Origin: a virus
Taxonomy: Duplodnaviria > Heunggongvirae > Uroviricota > Caudoviricetes
Direction: 5' to 3' (one strand)
IMG/VR virus record: IMGVR_UViG_3300021426_000080
Location: 27,744-91,743 of that record
DNA: 64,000 bases
Shown here: one piece after another, positions 61,674-64,000 of the stretch
How positions within the stretch are numbered: the stretch's first letter is position 1
How the letters are laid out: each line of letters begins with the position of its first letter
Program-made: the position numbers and the translations under genes
The notes under the pieces: model-generated
The model's database searches: none
Told to the model about the DNA's origin: nothing
What the model saw: the letters and a program-made list of their open reading frames with translations, nothing else

Positions 61674-62918
61674 ATGCCATCGTTTTTATACGATTATCAA
61701 ATAGACGCTATTAATCGAATGCGAAATGGCAGTATTCTATGTGGAAAAGTTGGATCCGGAAAGTCAAGAACTTCTATTGCTTATTATTTCATGAAAGAAT
61801 GTGGCGGCTCCGTAATAAATGAGTATATACCGATGTGTAAAACGGTTAATCTGTTTATTATTACTACTGCACGAAAAAGGGATACAAAAGAATGGGAAGG
61901 AGAACTCGTTCCATTCTTGATATCCGCAGATCATCCCGAAGATACGATCTATCAAGATCTTGAAGTTCACATCGATTCATGGAACAACATAGCAAAGTAT
62001 GTTGGAGTAAAAGACTCATTCTTTATATTTGATGAGCAGCGTGTTGTTGGAAGAGGCGCTTGGGTTAAAGCGTTCTTAAAGATTACAAAAGCAAATCATT
62101 GGATTTTACTGTCGGCAACGCCTGGCGATACTTGGATGGATTATGTTCCTGTTTTTATAGCAAATGGATATTTTAGAAACAGAACCGAGTTCAATGAGAG
62201 GCATGTTGTGTTTAGTCGATTTGCGAAGTATCCTCAAGTTTCTAAATATTTGAACGAAGGTCGATTAATTAGATATAGAAACGAGATCCTTGTTACAATG
62301 GATTATCAGAAGCCAACCAGAACTCATGAAGTAATAGTGGATGTCGACTACGATCGAGCTGAATACAAAGATATTATGAACACGCGTTGGAACATTTACA
62401 AAGATCAACCAACTACAAACGCTGCTGAGCTTTGCTACGTTCTTAGAGAGTCTGTCAATTCCGATCCAAGCAGGATCCAAGCGGTTCTTGATATTTTAAA
62501 AGATCATCCAAAGGTCATAGTGTTTTACAATTACAACTATGAGCGAGAGGCTTTGAGGAATGCTCCTTATGGAAAAGATATTTCAGTTGCTGAATGGAAC
62601 GGCGATAAGCATCAGTTAATTCCTAAAACTGATAAGTGGGTGTATCTGGTTCAGTATACAGCAGGAGCCGAAGGCTGGAACTGCATAGAAACAGATACTA
62701 TGATATTTTACTCTTTGAATTATTCATACAAAATCATGACTCAGTCGGCCGGAAGGATTGATCGAATGAATACTCCGTTTACTGATTTGTATTATTACAA
62801 GTTGAAATCAAATAGTCCTATAGATATTGGCATTTCGCACGCGCTTCGAAAGAAACAGAAGTTTAATGAGAACAAATTCTTTGATTCTTTTGATTCGCAA
62901 AAAAAACATCCCTTATAA
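61674..62918 (+). CDS. SNF2/DEAD-like superfamily-2 helicase
   Basis: RBS GAAGAGGAGCGAAC. Motif I GKVGSGKSRTS. Motif II FIFDEQR. Motif III LLSATPG. Motif VI QSAGRIDR. Confidence 0.7.
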   Translation: MPSFLYDYQIDAINRMRNGSILCGKVGSGKSRTSIAYYFMKECGGSVINEYIPMCKTVNLFIITTARKRDTKEWEGELVPFLISADHPEDTIYQDLEVHIDSWNNIAKYVGVKDSFFIFDEQRVVGRGAWVKAFLKITKANHWILLSATPGDTWMDYVPVFIANGYFRNRTEFNERHVVFSRFAKYPQVSKYLNEGRLIRYRNEILVTMDYQKPTRTHEVIVDVDYDRAEYKDIMNTRWNIYKDQPTTNAAELCYVLRESVNSDPSRIQAVLDILKDHPKVIVFYNYNYEREALRNAPYGKDISVAEWNGDKHQLIPKTDKWVYLVQYTAGAEGWNCIETDTMIFYSLNYSYKIMTQSAGRIDRMNTPFTDLYYYKLKSNSPIDIGISHALRKKQKFNENKFFDSFDSQKKHPL

Positions 62919-62967
62919 TAGAGGGGATATACCTCTTCTTTATTTTTTTAAGCAGGAGGTATGTCTG

Positions 62968-63288
62968 ATGCTGGAAAGCAGATTCCAGGCTAAATTGATT
63001 AAAGAACTAAAAGATCGGTTTCCAGGATGTATCGTTCTTAAGAACGATCCGAATTACATTCATGGATTTCCCGATCTTTCTGTTTTTTATCAAGATAAAT
63101 GGGCTTGGCTTGAAACGAAACGAAGCTCGGATGCTTCTCACCGTCCTGGCCAAGACTATTACATTTCGCTAGGTAAAAAGATATCCTACGCGAGCTTCAT
63201 TTGTCCAGAGAACAAAGAGGAGGTACTGGATGAACTTCAACAAGCATTTCAACCTCGAAGGAAAACACGCGTTTCTCGGAGCGTCTAA
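62968..63288 (+). CDS. VRR-NUC domain nuclease
   Basis: RBS AGGAGG 8 nt upstream of ATG 62968. GFPDLSVFYQDKWAWLETK matches the VRR-NUC G.PD...E.K pattern. Confidence 0.55.
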   Translation: MLESRFQAKLIKELKDRFPGCIVLKNDPNYIHGFPDLSVFYQDKWAWLETKRSSDASHRPGQDYYISLGKKISYASFICPENKEEVLDELQQAFQPRRKTRVSRSV

Positions 63289-63784
63289 GTACCACTGGAT
63301 TAACTACGACGAAGAGAAACTGATCAATGCATATCGAAATTTTGCAAGAGTTCAACGAGGAACAGAACTTCACGATTTTGCGAAACAAGCGATTACTCTT
63401 GGAATCAAACTTCCGAAGTCAAAGAAAACGTTGAATATGTATGTCAACGATGCGATTGGTTTTCAGATGACTCCGGAACAGCCTTTATATTATTCGGAGA
63501 ATTGCTTTGGAACTGCCGATGCGATTTCGTTTAAGAACAATTTCCTTCGTATTCACGATCTAAAGACCGGAGATACTCCGGCCCATATGGAACAGCTCAT
63601 GATATATGAAGCTCTGTTTTGTCTTGAGTATGACAAAGATCCGAATCGATTTGATTCAGAGCTTCGTATTTATCAGTTGGATGAAGTAATGGCAGAGACC
63701 CCTGATCCTAAAGATATTGAGTTCATTATGGACAAGATCATCTTGTTTGATCAGTGTCTTAATAAAGTGAAGGAAGAAGGATAA
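63230..63784 (+). CDS. PD-(D/E)xK-type nuclease (phage exonuclease/recombination nuclease candidate)
   Basis: RBS GAGGAGGTACTGG. Putative D...E.K in GTADAISFKNNFLRIHDLKTG. Confidence 0.4.
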   Translation: MNFNKHFNLEGKHAFLGASKYHWINYDEEKLINAYRNFARVQRGTELHDFAKQAITLGIKLPKSKKTLNMYVNDAIGFQMTPEQPLYYSENCFGTADAISFKNNFLRIHDLKTGDTPAHMEQLMIYEALFCLEYDKDPNRFDSELRIYQLDEVMAETPDPKDIEFIMDKIILFDQCLNKVKEEG

Positions 63785-63789
63785 GAATC

Positions 63790-64000
63790 ATGGACGATAG
63801 TCAACGTGGTAGAAAGATATTTGTCGCAATCGACAGATTGAACGATCGGTTCCTTGAACACTATGGAACTCCAAGGCATTCTGGAAGATATCCTTGGGGT
63901 TCTGGTAAGAATCCTCAAAGAAACAAAAACTTTCTTTCAAGAGCTAAGGACCTTGAAAAGCAAGGACTTACTCAAAAGCAGATTGCAGAAGCCTTCGGCA
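63790..64000 (+). CDS. protein with RYPWG motif and HTH (LTQKQIAEAFG), 3' partial - possible terminase small subunit/regulator
   Basis: RBS GAAGGAAGAAGGATAAG. Runs off the window end. N-terminal motif shared with 15116..15289. Confidence 0.4.
   Translation, partial: MDDSQRGRKIFVAIDRLNDRFLEHYGTPRHSGRYPWGSGKNPQRNKNFLSRAKDLEKQGLTQKQIAEAFG

Overview
This 64-kb window is one contiguous slice of a large, low-GC tailed-phage genome, probably from a Firmicutes host. Supporting this are strong AGGAG-type ribosome-binding sites, a CHAP/PG_binding_1 endolysin, and Listeria-Bacteroides repeat tail fibres. Almost every real gene is on the + strand; the minus-strand ORFs in the supplied track are shadow ORFs.

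Gene order along the window:
- 1-8.2 kb: tail-fibre / receptor-binding module, with paralogous LRR and Flg_new-repeat proteins.
- 8.9-11.4 kb: lysis cassette (lysozyme2+CHAP+2xPG_binding endolysin, membrane protein, holin).
- 11.5-15.5 kb: lysogeny module. It holds a truncated integrase N-domain paralog, a full tyrosine integrase, a tRNA 3'-end fragment that is probably the attP core, and a TGCACAC operator-like array.
- 15.5-47.9 kb: more than 80 very small early genes, many of them zinc ribbons. They are driven by a reiterated 26-bp promoter motif, TTCGCAA-N13-TATAAT, found at least 15 times and usually paired with an upstream terminator hairpin.
- 48-57 kb: a block rich in membrane and coiled-coil proteins, marked by a conserved TTGATATTTGAAAGGAGAA leader.
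- 57-64 kb: replication module. It holds a candidate origin, a 1322-aa fusion replicase (SF3 P-loop + AEP prim-pol + 3'-5' exonuclease + family-B polymerase), an SSB-like protein, an SNF2/DEAD-like helicase, and VRR-NUC and PD-(D/E)xK nucleases.

The most unusual locus is at 34.9-35.9 kb. A 470-bp transcribed, purine-rich, non-coding element carries about 11 GCAAAGG(A/C) motifs, which resemble CsrA-binding and Shine-Dalgarno-like sequences. It sits immediately upstream of a 205-aa protein with a Cas6/RAMP-like glycine-rich loop (GIGQWRNSGKG). This may be a phage RNA-protein module, for example an RNA sponge or a processed repeat RNA, that has not been described.

Other notable items:
- A divergent ThyX-like protein lacking the RHR motif, next to an HNH endonuclease.
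- A phage SPFH/band-7 protein.
- A RadC-JAB anti-restriction-like module.
- A secreted paralog of the endolysin's lysozyme domain.
- A lipoprotein that may mediate superinfection exclusion.
- A three-member membrane-protein paralog family.
- A non-canonical tRNA-like element.

Every functional call is based on motifs read by eye; no searches were run.
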